64,000 nucleotides of DNA. It comes from Haliotis rubra. Lineage: Eukaryota. Within the stretch, counting starts at the first letter, position 1. Each line of letters begins with the position of its first letter. Where the stretch lies: positions 744,001 to 808,000 of the forward strand of contig NW_025765192.1 of assembly GCF_003918875.1 (NCBI RefSeq). Direction: 5' to 3'. A program made the position numbers and the translations under genes. Below are positions 25,201 through 38,900 of this stretch, one piece after another. The notes beneath the pieces were generated by a model. It worked only from the letters and a program-made list of their open reading frames with translations. It was not told where the DNA came from and ran no database searches.

Positions 25201-28200
25201 TCACGTCCGGAATTAAATCATATAAAACCCATCAAAGGTTATTTTAATATCAATACGTAACGATTTTCTTGATATTAATTTCACGTTAGAAGTGTACAAA
25301 TATTCACTTGTAAAAACAAACGCTGGAATAGTATAGCTCTGTACATCTAAACGTCGTACAATTGTTCTGATTAATCGGAAGTGACTGGATGAAACAGATT
25401 GGAATGCAATTACCGATCAAAGCTGAATGCATGAGGAAATCGTTCGGTAAACATCGTATACATGGGATGTACGAGGAATTATTCAGCCTACTGGCCATAA
25501 AAAAAATGAGTCACTGCTTGTTCCAACTGCGGCCCAAGCGCCTCCCGGCTACTTCAGCTTCGTCTTCAGGTGCTACAGACGGGCTGCGGCGGCAGCATGT
25601 CCTCATTTAGGAGCAGCTTCACGTGTGGGGTATCGCCGTGTAATGAGGGCCGCAAATGCTGCTTATTAATCCGCTATTAAACCGGGTTGACCTCGCTCCT
25701 GTGCCACACCTACAGAAGGAGGCGGCTCCGTCACCCGTAGGCCATTAAAGGCAAGCTTTTCCAATTGGGATCATTATAAACTGGGCGTAAGCGGGTCTCG
25801 AACAACCTCGGTGTCTCAGCGCGCAGCTAAGCCCTATCCGCTCGCGAACCACTCCCTAACAAAAAGGTCGGGAGACGGCGCTTGCAAAATCCCCTAGTTC
25901 GTGACAAAACAGCTTACAGAGGGAGCTCTCGCGCTGAAGCACCCCGTGGTTTTAGGTATAGTCTTCTTCGCGAGAGTAAATGTCTGAATCCAGTCGCCTT
26001 GAACAAGGTTTATTTGTTTTGCCTTCGTTCCGCAGCCGTCAGTGAAGACCCTTCACAACGCAGAGCATGAGACATGTGGGACTCGTCCCTACCCAGAATG
26101 TAGATTGGGGAAGGGGAGGGGAAAGGCTTTAACCCCAACGCCGGTGCATAACCTCAACTCCCCGTCAGAACATTGAGCGAAAAAAGCCACACAACATAAT
26201 TTATCCCCGTCAATTATTTATGATACGTATGTGTGATATATTGGATGTCTCACCGACACGTCTTTGTCCCAAACAAAAGTATTTACACGTAACTGTATAC
26301 ATGTACGTATCTCGCCTACAACACAAAACATAACGCATAGCGCCATGTTATTTATTGGACATCAGGTGCAGGTTTCGGGGTGGGGGTGGGGGGGTGTCCT
26401 TCACATATGATTCACCGTGGATAGAGATCGAAGGCGGTGTTTAGGCAACTTTTAAGGACCTCGCCAGAAGCACGGCGCTAAGTGCTAGCTTTTGTTTGGG
26501 CGTCATCCACAACCTTGCCGTTCTGCCCCCTGTAATCAAATTTCTAGGACGGGAAGGAGTGCCGGTCTCAGGAGACGGAGAGACACGTTCAAGAAATCAC
26601 ACAGGCGGAAGAGGTTGCCAGATCGCAGGAGATGGTCCCCATCAGATTGCTGTTACCGGAGAGGCAAACAAAGACGGCCTGCGACGTTGTCGATATTTCC
26701 TATTACCCCGTCCAAACTGCGCCAATCTTACCCTAGCCATGGCCAATGTTAACGTCGATCATGCGCGTGCGGAACGTGTGCGAGCGCCATCTACCGTCAG
26801 CCGCCCGCTGTTGTATGACCCGCATATCGAACGGAAGACACTATCGTCCCCGTCAACGCCTGCGAGACGGTTGATTAGAACGCCGCTCGCTGCTTTATGT
26901 GGCGATGCGACACCTTCAGCCCGCGCTGGTCGCCGAGAGTCGCCCAGCATCAAAACGGTTGATTTATGCCTGGTTTCGACAGAATGGGAAGTCGTGTAGG
27001 AAGAAGCCCCTTTTGGCGTCGGAGTAACATCTCTCTCCAGCTACCTATATACGTCACAATTCACGCCAACACTGGCGTCGAGGCGTCTACGCCCGCGGTG
27101 CCTAAATCCCGTCATGATTGCCCCTTCGGTCAATCAACACCCTGTGCCAGTACAACTGACGCTTGACCGATTTATAATTGCTCTATTTTATCGTATTTAT
27201 TGCCAATGTAACCTTTCAAATGGCGGCGACGCAAAACATATCGGTTATTAGCATGGAAATTAACAAAATTTGGCTAAAGGCTCTTCGGTAAAGCTTTTAG
27301 GATAATGATTTGCGATGCATGATGTATGTCTTAAAGGAGCAACAATTTTATATATTACTTGTATGCTTAGACCGTCAATTCAACGTCAATCACAGTGTCC
27401 CGTTCACTCGGATAGATATTCCAAACAAATATTATCAAGAAGATGCCATGTTCGCATGCCGAATTTAAAGCAAAGATACAAGTTGCATGACTGAAGATTG
27501 TTAATACAGAATTTTTCGATATTTCTCTTGGGTTTGAAACATGTGATATTAATAAAGCAGCTCTCCATTAAATAATTAATAATGCAGGGAGGGTCACATC
27601 CCAAACTAATGCGCTCAGCGTCAAACAAAGGCGAGCCACTACCACTTGAGCCACTGGGTAAACCTCATCGACTGATTATTTCCACTTGGTGATCACGTGA
27701 CAGGAAGCACTTTCCGAATTACGGCAGGACGAAATGTCGTAATCAGTCCCGAAATCCAGAGAGGCGAGCACGAGTGACAACAGTCGAGATAAAGTGGTAG
27801 AAATTAACTGCTTGACTGCGTTTTCGTTTAGTTACCTTGGAAACGCTAGTATCACGTGCTGTGCATGACATGTTGTAAGAACGATTAACGGCGGATATGC
27901 GTCCAGCTACTCACAACGTTTCAACGACAACAATTAAACAGCGAAGGCCGTTGTCATGTACACGTGAGATATTAAAGTTGCATTGGGGGCCTTCATGTGA
28001 AGCAAAGCAATGGTAGTTATCTGAGCGTGTCTCTTCTCTGACGGTTTCCGAGAGACAGGCAGCATTAAATGTCAATAACGTTATCGCCGACCCGTTTTGC
28101 ACTATCTCTTATCGGCGAATAACGTTGCGGAAATCACTATCAGACATGTTCCGGACGTAGCTTAGCCCGGACAGAGCAGAAGCCATGGCACTAGTTTGGC

Positions 28201-31200
28201 TGACACAACCAGTTTGACTGATGCTGACACAACCAGTATGGTACTAACACAACCAGTTTGACTGATGTCAACACATCCAGTTTTATACTAACACAACCAG
28301 TTTGACTGATGTCAACACGCTTTAAGAAATGGACTGATACTAACACAACTAGTTTCATACTAACACAACCAGTTTGACTGATGCCAACACAACCAGTTTG
28401 ATACTAACACAAACAGTTTGATGTCAACACAGCCAGTTTTATACTAACACAACTACATTGTAGTTTGACTGGTGCCAACACAACCAGTTTTATACTAACA
28501 CATGCAGTTTGTCTGATGCCCACACAACCAGTTTTATACTAACACAACTACATTGTAGTTTGACTGGTGCCAACACAACCAGACTGATGCCAACACAACC
28601 AGTTTGACTGATGTCAACACAACCAGTTTCATACTAACACATCCAGTTTGACTGATGCCAACACAACCAGTTTGACTGATGTCAACACAACCAGTTTCAT
28701 ACTAACACATCCAGTTTGTCTGATGCCAACACAACCAGTTTCATAGTAGCACAACCAGTTTGACTGATGCCAACACAACCAGTTTCATACTAACACATCC
28801 AGTCTGTCTGATGCCAACACAACCAGTTTCATACTAACACATCCAGTCTGACTGATGCCAACACAACCAGTTTGACCGATGCTAACAGAGCTACTTTGAC
28901 TGAGGCTAACCAATGCTAGGATAACTGATGTAGACCCTATCACATCTACCTTTGATCCCACCAAACTGGTTTATGCTCCCATACCAACGACTTGAATACG
29001 CGAATCACCAACAGCATCGAACATAGGACTTATACATGATGAGCTAGCCATGTGAGGGAACAGTCATACCACTGCCATATGATAAAGTGCAAAGACATGA
29101 TACAGCTTGAACCGGGATTCTTAGAACCACCACTGTCCTACAATATCAAAGGCCTGGTACTTCACGTTCGTTAGAAATGACTTTCTAAGTTGGTGGCATG
29201 TAAGACGGAGGCCGAGATGACAAATCCGAAACGGAGTCATGTTGGCGAATGAGTCCCGTGCTCGTACACACGCAGACATACGCACGCTTTAAAAAAATGG
29301 AAAATTTATTTAAAACATAGGCCAGTCGAAGTCCACTCAAAACATGAAACACCCGATTGGGTTACTTCACCGAAGTACCAGAATAGTGGAATAACATTGT
29401 GTGAGGTGATCTAGGAACTCGTGATACGGGACTTCGACAGGGGATACGACTTGGCGGAACACATGAAGAAGCTTTCCGCAGGCGTTTTTAACTGTGCAAA
29501 ATTACATTCCGGCTTCACGGGGGACTCTTTGCTTCATCTTTTCGGAACTGGTGAAGCGGCTAGGCTCCTTTACACCCGGCGGTGGAAACCTAGAGCTTTG
29601 CCGAGTCTAAAGCGAAAAGAGAATTAATGAAGAAAATCTCATTTTCGCAAGCTAGATTGATACTTTAGCCTGAATTAATAATGCACGATTCCCATCCACG
29701 GCGTGGCTCTAATCATACGAAATACTTAATGAAGACCGGTGACAATTAATGCGTCCCCCGAGGCGGACACACCACACGCTAAAACGATTAGTGACTGCCG
29801 TCGACTCGGTGCCAGGAGGGTGAGAAGATCCAAGTCGGCTTTGTGTTCTCGCCACACAACTCGCTGCGAACTCCAGCGGATACACGCCGTGAACTGCCAC
29901 TCTCGGGTTTTCAATTTTCGCCAGCGACCTCCCCGAAACCCGCTGTACTCTCCAGTGTCCTAATAATTAATTTTGCAGCTCATCCTTACATTTGCCCTCC
30001 CGACTCCCGGCGCCGACAAAGCCCGCCGTATGCAAATACTGCACGTGACCGGATTTGCGCACATATGATCGATAGCACGTTTCGTGCCTGCTGAGTCGGA
30101 TTTCTCCAGAGCATTAGAATGCTGACACTCGTAAGTAATTTAGTTTCGCGCTCGTGCAGTGCGGCACAGCTCTACGCCATCCCATCGCGACTTGTGCAGC
30201 GGAAACAGTGCGTGTTTCTTTGAAACATTAGGAAATAGTTTAACGCGGGCTACGTGCCGGCGGAGTAAAGCAATCGATACCCGCCATATGCGATCCGGAT
30301 CAATATTTGCGGAGGCCAGCTTGGGTCGACACCGGTAGTAAATTTCGTTTCTATCATATTATCGCCGTTCGCTGGAGACTTTGATAGAACCGCTTTGCAA
30401 TTTTTGCTCACGAACTTGGTATGAGCCGCGGTTGTCCAGCCTGCTCGGTCGCCACAGCTTAGCGGGGCATGCGGGTTCGGTATTTACGATGGGGCTCTTT
30501 TTCAACGCGCCGTCGAGCGAAAAATAAATTTCTTTGTGCGCCGCTCTGGGATTAAGTGTTGGAATCGATTCCGCTGGCCGTGACCGCCCGGATTTGTGCA
30601 ATGGTCTATAACTCGGGGCGCCCACCGAACTCTGTAATAATGCTGGGCCTATCGAATACGCTCGGGATCTACAATTAGAGCGCAAATTACACCATACGGC
30701 GCTGGGCTTCGTATCAGTGTACAACTGGCTCGCTACCGGTGCGATCAGCTCTCGTAGTTCCAACAACTAAGTGCCGACTACCGAATAATTCATTTTGAGG
30801 AATAATTCACCCTCACTCTTTCTAATAATAGGCATCTGCCCATACAGCGAAATGATTGTCGTTAGATACCATCACGAGATGGATTAAATTTTTCGATTTT
30901 CCCGACTTTGTTTTAAAAATGCATCCATTAAAATACGCTTTCAATCATTTGTTCTTGCGTCCACCAGATGGTTCGATGTAGAACCGACACTGCATTGCGG
31001 ATACATATCAAATACTGCATGACATGGCGATAATGGATTGTATCTATACCTGAAGCTATAAATTAAACTACTGTCGTGTAAGGCACGGCACAATGGTCGC
31101 TCACTCTTTTAAAGCTGTACGTCATTGAACAGGTGACTAGGAACTACGTGGGATGATAGCGTTACACCGGCGACGGAGTTTGATCGATAGAATTTAATAT

Positions 31201-34200
31201 CTGCGTAATCGTGACCATTATTAAAAAGCGTATAAATGAGCGAAGTTGGTTTAACGCCGCTTTGAGCAGTGTTTCAGTAATATCGTGGCGTGTCAACTCG
31301 GTGTTGGAGGAAAGCCCGGTGTGATGTTGGTCTTAAGCGAGGTGAAATGGGTTTAACGTAGTTTCAGATTTATTGCATTGCTTTTATATTGCGATGTGCA
31401 TGCACGTATGTGTGCTTCTACTACGATGGACCCTACGTGGACACTCTTTACTGCCACCTAGCCAAGTTTATTATATTATCCTCTTAATGCTAAGTACCAG
31501 GAAAGGAAACAACAAGCGCCATTTTTAATGTACTATAGAAGTTTGATCACAGCTCTTGGAATGCGTGGAAAATATATTACGTTTACCAAAACGATGATGC
31601 CAGGCGATCATTGTAACGAACTACACGTTATATTCAATAGCATGGAGCCAGGCTCTTGGAGACCATGGAAACGTATAAGATATAGCACTCAGTACACGTT
31701 GCGTCATTATTAACATAATGGCAAAACATACAACCATGCTTGCATGTCCATATTTGTCGAAGACGAAAATATTTCGAGGAAAATGTAGAGTGTTTGAAAA
31801 TTGCGTTTTCCTCAAAACGGAAGTGTTATCAATTCGTAAACAGCAAATGTTAAAAAATTCTTATCGCTGTTTAAACAAACTTCCTCTCCCCAGTTTAGTC
31901 AACCCATTGTCACGTATGTAAAACTATGTTTCGGCGTTCTGATTGTGATCGACCCTGATCGTGAGGAAAAAAACTCATGTTATCGTGAGCAACGATTCAC
32001 GCCATCAGTGAGTGTCGGTCACTCGTGGAGAAACTTGTCCCTATCAACAAGCATTGTGACCCACCGAGTTTCTCAATAAACACGAACCGGTGTGTCAGTG
32101 ATCATCGTAAACTGACGACTCATATCTTTACCAGTTTCAAATTAATACATAAGGGAATGTTATATTTCAGATTTGACAGAACCGACAATAGTTAAATAGG
32201 GTGAAAGGCAGGGTCAAATGGTAGATGAACGTGGACAAGATTCGACAAGTTCGACCGTCAGGGTCTAAACGACCTACGTTAAGGGAGACTACTCCCGAAG
32301 ACCAGGGGGAATACAGTTATCTCTGTAAGTCAGTCATCTAACCACTGTATCTATTTCACATCTACGGACTAATAGTAAGGATAAATGAAACAGAAACATT
32401 GGAAGCCGTCGATAAAACGGACTGAAAGAACCCATTGGCAAGGATGTAAGTTTGGTGAGTTTCCCTGAAATCCAGATATCGTGCGATGACGTACTGGGAA
32501 CATATCAGTACAATGAACACAAAGCTGACTTTGATGCCATTAGTTTTATTTACTGACTACTGTAGTGAAATTCATTTTGAAATAATTTCATTGTTTCATT
32601 TTCTCAGTACATTCACATTTTCGTGTGTAGAAATTTCGTTATATGCCACTAAATGAATTGGATGGGCAAAGGTGTGGGGTGGGCTGCTTGATTAACGCAA
32701 ATCATCGATCTTCATACTGTCAATCACTGGATTGTCTGGTCCTGGCTATACTATTTACAGGTCGGAGTCGTATGGCTGGAAAATGGCTAAATGTGGCATT
32801 TATGCATCTATTGGGGTGAGATTGAGGGATCTAACCGTCGTCGATTGCTTGAGCAAGATGCAACTTTGTGGTTTCAAGCCCGTGAGAAACTTACGTTTCA
32901 ACGTATACATTCAAAAGATATGGGAGAATAGAGACTTTCAAGCGGAGACAAGATTCTTATGTTTCACGTTACACATTCACAAGAATTAGAAGAAACTTTC
33001 AAGACCATGAGAAACGAAATTTTCACATTACACATTCACAAGTAATAGAAGAAACTTTCAGGAATATTAGGAACATATGTTTCATGTTCGAAAGTAATAG
33101 ATGAGTAGAGATTTCGCTTCAGATTATATTCAACGGTATATGTTTAAATACTCCTATAAACCTGTCATATTTTCTTCAACCAGGGAATTATGTGGAGGAG
33201 TGTTATGTTCTCTAGAAAGATGGCATCCTGAGGGGTCGTAGTGAACAAACTGGAGCCGAGTTTGTGTCGGGACTGACAGTATGTGGAGAACTGTAGAGGT
33301 CATTCGACGTGAATTTATATAAACGGAAGAAATGTTGAGCATGACTTGCTGCTGTGTGCAGAAATACACACGTTTGTTGTTAGAACAGGTTTCATGATAT
33401 AAGATATTTATTGCATGTTTAGTGACATTTATAGTAAACTGTACGCTTCAAGAATGGAAGGGAATGCGTCGTGCCTGTAACTTCACAACTGAGAGAAAGA
33501 TTCGACTGTTACCTAACTGTAAATATTCCAGATAGTATTGAGTAGAAAATATATCAAATTGCTGAATGCTTTACAATTGGTACATCGATGCGTTGGGTCT
33601 ATAAAGTCACAATTAATTAAGATAGAATTATAAAATAAAAATAAATATTAACAAAAATATTGTCTGACAGGTTAACTGGAGAACGTATCTGCATCTGCAG
33701 CAGCACACCAACAGTCCGCATTACTACTAAACTAGACTATCATACAAATGTTTCATATGAAACTTAGCATCATTTGAATAGAAGTCAGGTTTATTCTGAA
33801 TTTTGAATTTATTACTTTCAAAATTACACAGGCACAATAAGCGTTCTCGACACAGACGAAAGTAGTCATTTCAAGTCGAAACTACTACGGGAAATCGAAG
33901 GCTGCCTCTGTGTAACAAATCTGGAAAATACGTTTCTGCGGCAAGAAAATACGATTTCATGGCCTTAAACCTGTATGGGAGTAATTTAAACTTTTACGAC
34001 CGCGACTTAATACATTATGCAGGTCCGAACACAATCTCAGCCAAACAGCTGGGCACGAGGAAGCGTGAAATAGCAGTAATTATCTTAGGCAGACGTGGAA
34101 GTGACCTAATACTAGGGCATTATACTAACGAGAAACGTAATAGCTGAAAAATAATATCCCCCGATCATTTGCCGGCTGTAAAACTATTAGAAACTCTCGG

Positions 34201-37200
34201 ACCTTTCTCGCTTGAGGTTACGGCTGGGGGCGGCACGAGGAACGCTGGGGGTCGCGATTTTTATCGGCTGCATCTGATAAGCACGGTCGAAATAACCGGC
34301 ATTTTCCTCTGGGCATTTTTCGCTTCCTTATTGGGGTGGGAGGGGGATATTATGTCGTAACACAAACAAAGGATTGTGGAGATAGTAAAGTCTTCCGCGG
34401 GTACTGACTAGCGTTTGTCTTGTCATTGGTTTAAGGGATATCGGCAGGTTTATTGGTTTTAGGGGCTTAGCGACTTAAGATGTCGTTTGTGGCGTGTAAT
34501 AACGGGGGTGAAGGGTTTAGTGTAAATATTTCGTTTAGCGTTTGATGTGACATCGCAATGCTGCTATATGTATTAAATCGGCGTTGTAGATTTAACAACA
34601 TTTACGTTAAAGATGAGCTGAACTTTTGTCTATCAAATTTAACATAAGTTAAACATATGTGTAACAAATGCTCAGAAAATGGTTTTTAATCTTGTTGTGA
34701 TATATGACAATTCTGTAGTGTGGATATGTTTGGTGCGTAGCACATTTACCGTGCTTCTGTAGAAGGGTTCCTGGGTGCGTTCAGGGGTTAGTATTTCAAA
34801 CTGTACAATAAATAAGGTTTTAATAGGAACAAACATCCCTTTATATGACAATTCGTTTGATGAGTTCACGACAACCGGTTAGTAAAAGCTCATTTCTTAC
34901 AGTTCTTCGCCAGTCTCAAATTGAAAATTTATGGAAAAAGTCAACACGATCGAATATTAATTCTGGGTGTTGAGGTAACAAAATACCACTTAAGTCGCAC
35001 GCAAATCACAAGTTGCACTGAACAACACGAATCTGAACCTAGCAGTGAAACTCGATAACTCGCTATAAACCCCCCCACGACCGAGAGTCTGTGCCGCACA
35101 ATATACAACCATTCGTGCTCTACATTACGTTAAACGTACGACGTATTGTCACGTCAAGGGTCAAACCGACGCTTTCTGTCACGAACGCAACTTGCCGGCA
35201 CATTCAAGACAAAAACGCCCTCTCCGACGACAATTTACGGCGCAAACACGTGTGCCCCGATACGGCGACATCATTCTGCCTCGGCAATGTGCCAGGACCA
35301 TTTTACGCTCAAATCAATCTTGTTTCCGACGCCAGGTCGCATTTTTCCTTACGCGATGAGTACTACCAGGAAGAAATAACTAACCATCAATGACAAGTTG
35401 TGGAAGTGTGTGGGATGCGGTGGTTCTGAGGTTTCACATGTGTGCCTTCTGGAAACGCTACTTTGGGTTGAACTGATGATTGTTACTTTGCACAAATAAA
35501 GGTGCGATCATAGAATATGTTCGCCACCTTATTTTGTAACTATTTTACCATGTTTGCCAATAATAATTTCCTCAAATACTCATTGCTACGTTAGGGTTAG
35601 CCTTTTTCTCTCTTTCTGGGTGGCGAACATATCCTACAGCGGCTACCAAATTACTACGTTGACACTGTAATTATGTTTACCGAACAGTTTTACGATGCGT
35701 GTAGAGAGATATTTTGAAACAAATAATTATCCAGATAATTATAAAAAATGGCAAACAGAAGGGTACCTGTTTCTCAGTGAATAATGAAACCCTTAAGTCT
35801 ACCCTGTTGTGTAAATGTTGGTATCCGTCGTTTAAACACGAACATATTTCATCATTCACACCAAATTCAGATCGAAATAGTTCACTCGTGTCAATTTCAC
35901 AGCAACGATGTGCTGGTTTCGGCGTGAGTATAAACACGGGGACGTGAGCGTCGATTATGCGTGGGTGATACATATCAACATCGATGTCATTGTCGTATCT
36001 ATAATACCATCAAGGACAATTGTATCTGTAGATAATTTCTACTCTCCACAGCTCGCTTAGAACTCGCCACGCTGAAATGAGTGACGCTTGTCCATTCTCC
36101 CGATACCCTGTCAATCAGAACACAGCCGCGATTTCAGCTCGCTCCGTGCACGCTTGTTCAAGCCTCCGTCAACATTCGCGTCGCCAAATGATTGAACGGC
36201 AATTGTAAACTCGCGTCAAAACTGGTGGGCCTATTGTCCGCGGTATGGACATAGCTCAATGTAAACTTTGGACCGCTCTGACAATGATCTTTAGGAGGGT
36301 CTCCCGTAAATAAGGCTTTTAGCTAGTTAGAATCACTAGCCTGTCGGCGGAGCGCGGAGTATTCAAATCATTCACACCTTAAACACTGAGTCTTTGTAAT
36401 TCGCACACAATGGGAAGAGAGCATAGGCTGTTGCCACGACTTGGGGACAAAGTTTCTCGGGGTTTGAGCTGGGGATAATTCCACTCCCCCTCACGCACGG
36501 TAGTGCTGTGTTGATTCGGGAAGCTTTACAGTATCGGATTTGGGATTTAGAGAACGCGGCGAGAAAAATCGACAAGTGAAATAAACACTTGGATATATCT
36601 CACTGTAATTGAATGTATACTCTGGCATTCGTTAATTTCAACACAGGTGGTAACATTGAAATTTTCAACATTCAATTTAATGAAATGTTTAACTAGTTCC
36701 CTGCATTTGACATCGACATAATAAAGATATAAATACAACGGGATGTCACGCCCACAAATTTCATCCACGGCAGATAGCATGAAGTCTAAATACCCAGAGG
36801 GGACTTTGACTTAAACTGGCACATATTGGCGTGTGGTTTTAACGTACAGGTGACAACCTTGGTTGTAATAAAACATAACTAATATCACTTGTGAACATTC
36901 ANNNNNNNNNNNNNNNNNNNNNNNNNNNNNNNNNNNNNNNNNNNNNNNNNNNNNNNNNNNNNNNNNNNNNNNNNNNNNNNNNNNNNNNNNNNNNNNNNNN
37001 NNNNNNNNNNNNNNNNNNNNNNNNNNNNNNNNNNNNNNNNNNNNNNNNNNNNNNNNNNNNNNNNNNNNNNNNNNNNNNNNNNNNNNTACATACACATGGT
37101 ACCGTTGTTCAGTACTTGACAGAGGTGTAGCGTGTTATGGCATGACGTTCTAACCAACTTACCGGCGTACTGGACCCGTGGCGACATCCCTCACAATCAC

Positions 37201-37744
37201 ATACAGTCGGATGAACAGACAAGATGCCTTTTGTCAACAGAAGCTTCAAACTCTTTCCATGGTGGCGAATAGATCTCTTCCAGTCTTTAGCGGTCTCTCG
37301 TCCACTGACGAACTGAAACTCATTGGGTGTTAACCACGAAGTTTGGAAATATATGCACGGGCCCTTGCTTCCTTGGCAAAGTTTCGATAAGTACAAATAC
37401 GCCTTATTTTGGCCACACTCAACTTCCAAAATAATTTCACCGTCTTTAACAATCGGTTTCACATACTCCTCGGAATCGCCAATCGCGGCGAGAAGGGAAG
37501 CTGGGTTGGATGCTAAGTTCTCCTGAACCGATGTCGATTTCACACTGGGTGTTGTAGATTTCACTTTGACACTCGTCGATTTCAAATCCTTACAAGTTTT
37601 CGTAGTTTTAGTAGTAGGGCTATCCACAGCCATTTCCGCGATGGGACCGTTTTGTATCATGTCTGTCCGTGGGTCTGTTAGATCATTTGGTGGGTGGTCT
37701 GTCTTCGTAGTCGCAGATTGCTCGTGCGCCTCACATTCCCCCAT
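19074..37744 (-). CDS. SAMD11: Spliced gene model: SAND + SAM domain transcriptional corepressor, SAMD11/Samuel(Moses)-like, 6 coding exons, 891 aa
   Basis: Exon lengths 582+227+227+748+703+189=2676 nt (892 codons including stop), with intron phases 0,2,1,2,0 all matching. The junction peptide LLTKGILSVHPTVCDCEGCRHGSSTP|TRCRTGEKR resembles the human SAMD11 N-terminus as I recall it (MSKGILQVHPPICDCPGCRISSPVNRGRLADKR). C-terminal SAM domain present. Confidence 0.85.
20451..21153 (-). CDS. SAMD11: Coding exon 5 (Pro/Met-rich region, ALDLS motif, start of SAM domain)
   Basis: Acceptor tgtctttcag|G in phase 2; donor GAG|GTAAGG in phase 0. Ends in DIRFWSVEDVCRFISMLDGCSLYAE, the N-terminal SAM helices. 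Confidence 0.92.
21486..22233 (-). CDS. SAMD11: Coding exon 4 (low-complexity P/S/E/K-rich region)
   Basis: Acceptor ttttatgttttag|AG in phase 1; donor TT|GTAAG in phase 2; 748-nt open frame. Confidence 0.88.
22433..22659 (-). CDS. SAMD11: Coding exon 3 (PLKESTSTNV...LPVK)
   Basis: Acceptor ctgtttttcag|C in phase 2; donor G|GTATTT in phase 1; open frame. Confidence 0.8.
23161..23387 (-). CDS. SAMD11: Coding exon 2 (TRCRTGEKRK...EKHC), basic/NLS-like
   Basis: Acceptor gtttgtcccctccttgcag|ACG in phase 0; donor AG|GTAGAA in phase 2; open frame. Confidence 0.85.
28190..28930. repeat. Intronic minisatellite with alternating 24-bp and 20-bp units (44-bp higher-order unit)
   Basis: aacacaaccagtttgactgatgcc alternating with aacacaaccagtttcatact. 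Confidence 0.92.
36902..37086. other. Assembly gap (185 N)
   Basis: Run of N in intron 1, about 75 nt from the exon 1 donor. Confidence 1.
37163..37744 (-). CDS. SAMD11: Coding exon 1, contains SAND domain (approx. 37180-37440)
   Basis: First ATG (MGECEAHEQ) at 37744 with an in-frame TGA at 37810-37808. Contains LEVECG...WLTPNEFQFVSGRETAKDWKRSIR with the KDWK SAND signature (37288-37277), then HxxxCxCxxC. Donor CCG|GTAAGT, phase 0. Confidence 0.92.
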
Positions 37745-38900
37745 CCCCCGTAAACGTAAAGTGAATCCGTGGCTATCGTTCGACCTGCTACTCTCTCCGC
37801 TTCCCACTCAAGCTCCGCCCCTTCGCCACCGCTCACCGCCGTCGCCCCACTTATCACCGCTTGCGCAACCCTCAGTCCGCCAGAGCGGCCGGCACATCTA
37901 TCATTTACTGGTTTACTATCGCCGTAGAGGCTTTTGACACATCTGCTACGAGTCGCTGCTACGCTCCCACTGGCTCCGCCGTAAGCTCGCTCTCAAGCGA
38001 GCGGCACGCTGTGGTAGTGAATAGTATGAAACGCCTTGGGCTACTCACCGAGCTGTCACGCTTCACGGGGCAGTCGCTTGACGATTACATGGTCTACCGG
38101 GGTCGCCTTACTGAGATGTGCGGTGATTAACCAAGAGACAAAAAACTACCAAAATGAGAATGAATTCACGCTCCGGCAGTCGGAAGATTGAGCTCCTGGA
38201 ATTGAATTGATCAGAACGCGTTTTTCCCTAACCCTACCAATACTCCGTCAGCTCCTTTGGGGCGATTTGCTATGCTGGCCAGCCCAACGAATCAATAGAG
38301 CGACCAACGTGGAAGACCCACCCAGGCTTTGAGAGCAACCCTCACAATTGTCGGATTTATGTGTGCTGTGCCACGCCAGTCGTAATTCCGAACGGGTAAA
38401 GTTCATACATTGAGATTGTCGATAAGCGAAAACCTTCGGCGCGCACGACTCGTGTGTACCATGAATGAGAGGCGGTGAAATTTGACCCCTCTGTTATCTC
38501 CCTTCCCCGCCGTAATTCAGCGCTGGAGCAAGGACCCTTTTTGTGAGCGTGCGTGCATAGCGACAGCAGGCCCGAGTTACTGCTCGTGTCGTTTGAATGT
38601 TTGGTCTTTCAAAGCGGGAAATTGTAAAACGCGACAATTAAAACAGGGCGGGCTTATTTACTTGGGGTAGGGCAAGCGTGCAGTGTAATCGGGTGCGTGA
38701 GGATCGAATGTGAAACGAGAATTCCAAGTCGCCGTGATTACAATGCTGGACGTGTGTTTATTAAGAACCATGGATTCTTTAATTTGCTGGTTTCTGTCCT
38801 CGCAGCGCTGGGGCGTCGTGGCCTGGCAACGGAATATAATACGAACGTTATGCAGTCGGTTTTATTGTGATTTCATGACCGTTTGAAATATGTTTTTCGG
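37745..38900 (-). promoter_or_regulatory. Probable 5' UTR / proximal promoter of the SAMD11-like gene
   Basis: CpG-rich, repeat-free stretch upstream of the ATG, with GC boxes near 37812 and 38646. A strong donor-like CG|GTGAGT near 38048 could mark a non-coding exon. TSS not determinable. Confidence 0.4.

Noticed and set aside
26496-26999. 167-aa ORF in intron 1
   Set aside because: Non-ATG start, no recognisable domain, expected by chance in GC-rich sequence.
32171-32445. Plus-strand segments with ttcag and gtaagt splice-like signals
   Set aside because: Stop codons and no recognisable product; a lncRNA cannot be supported without RNA data.
33162-33351. Possible extra minus-strand exon (cacag|CAG...ACAG|gtttat)
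   Set aside because: Weak donor, 190 nt would frameshift exon 2, and homology suggests exon 1 joins exon 2 directly.
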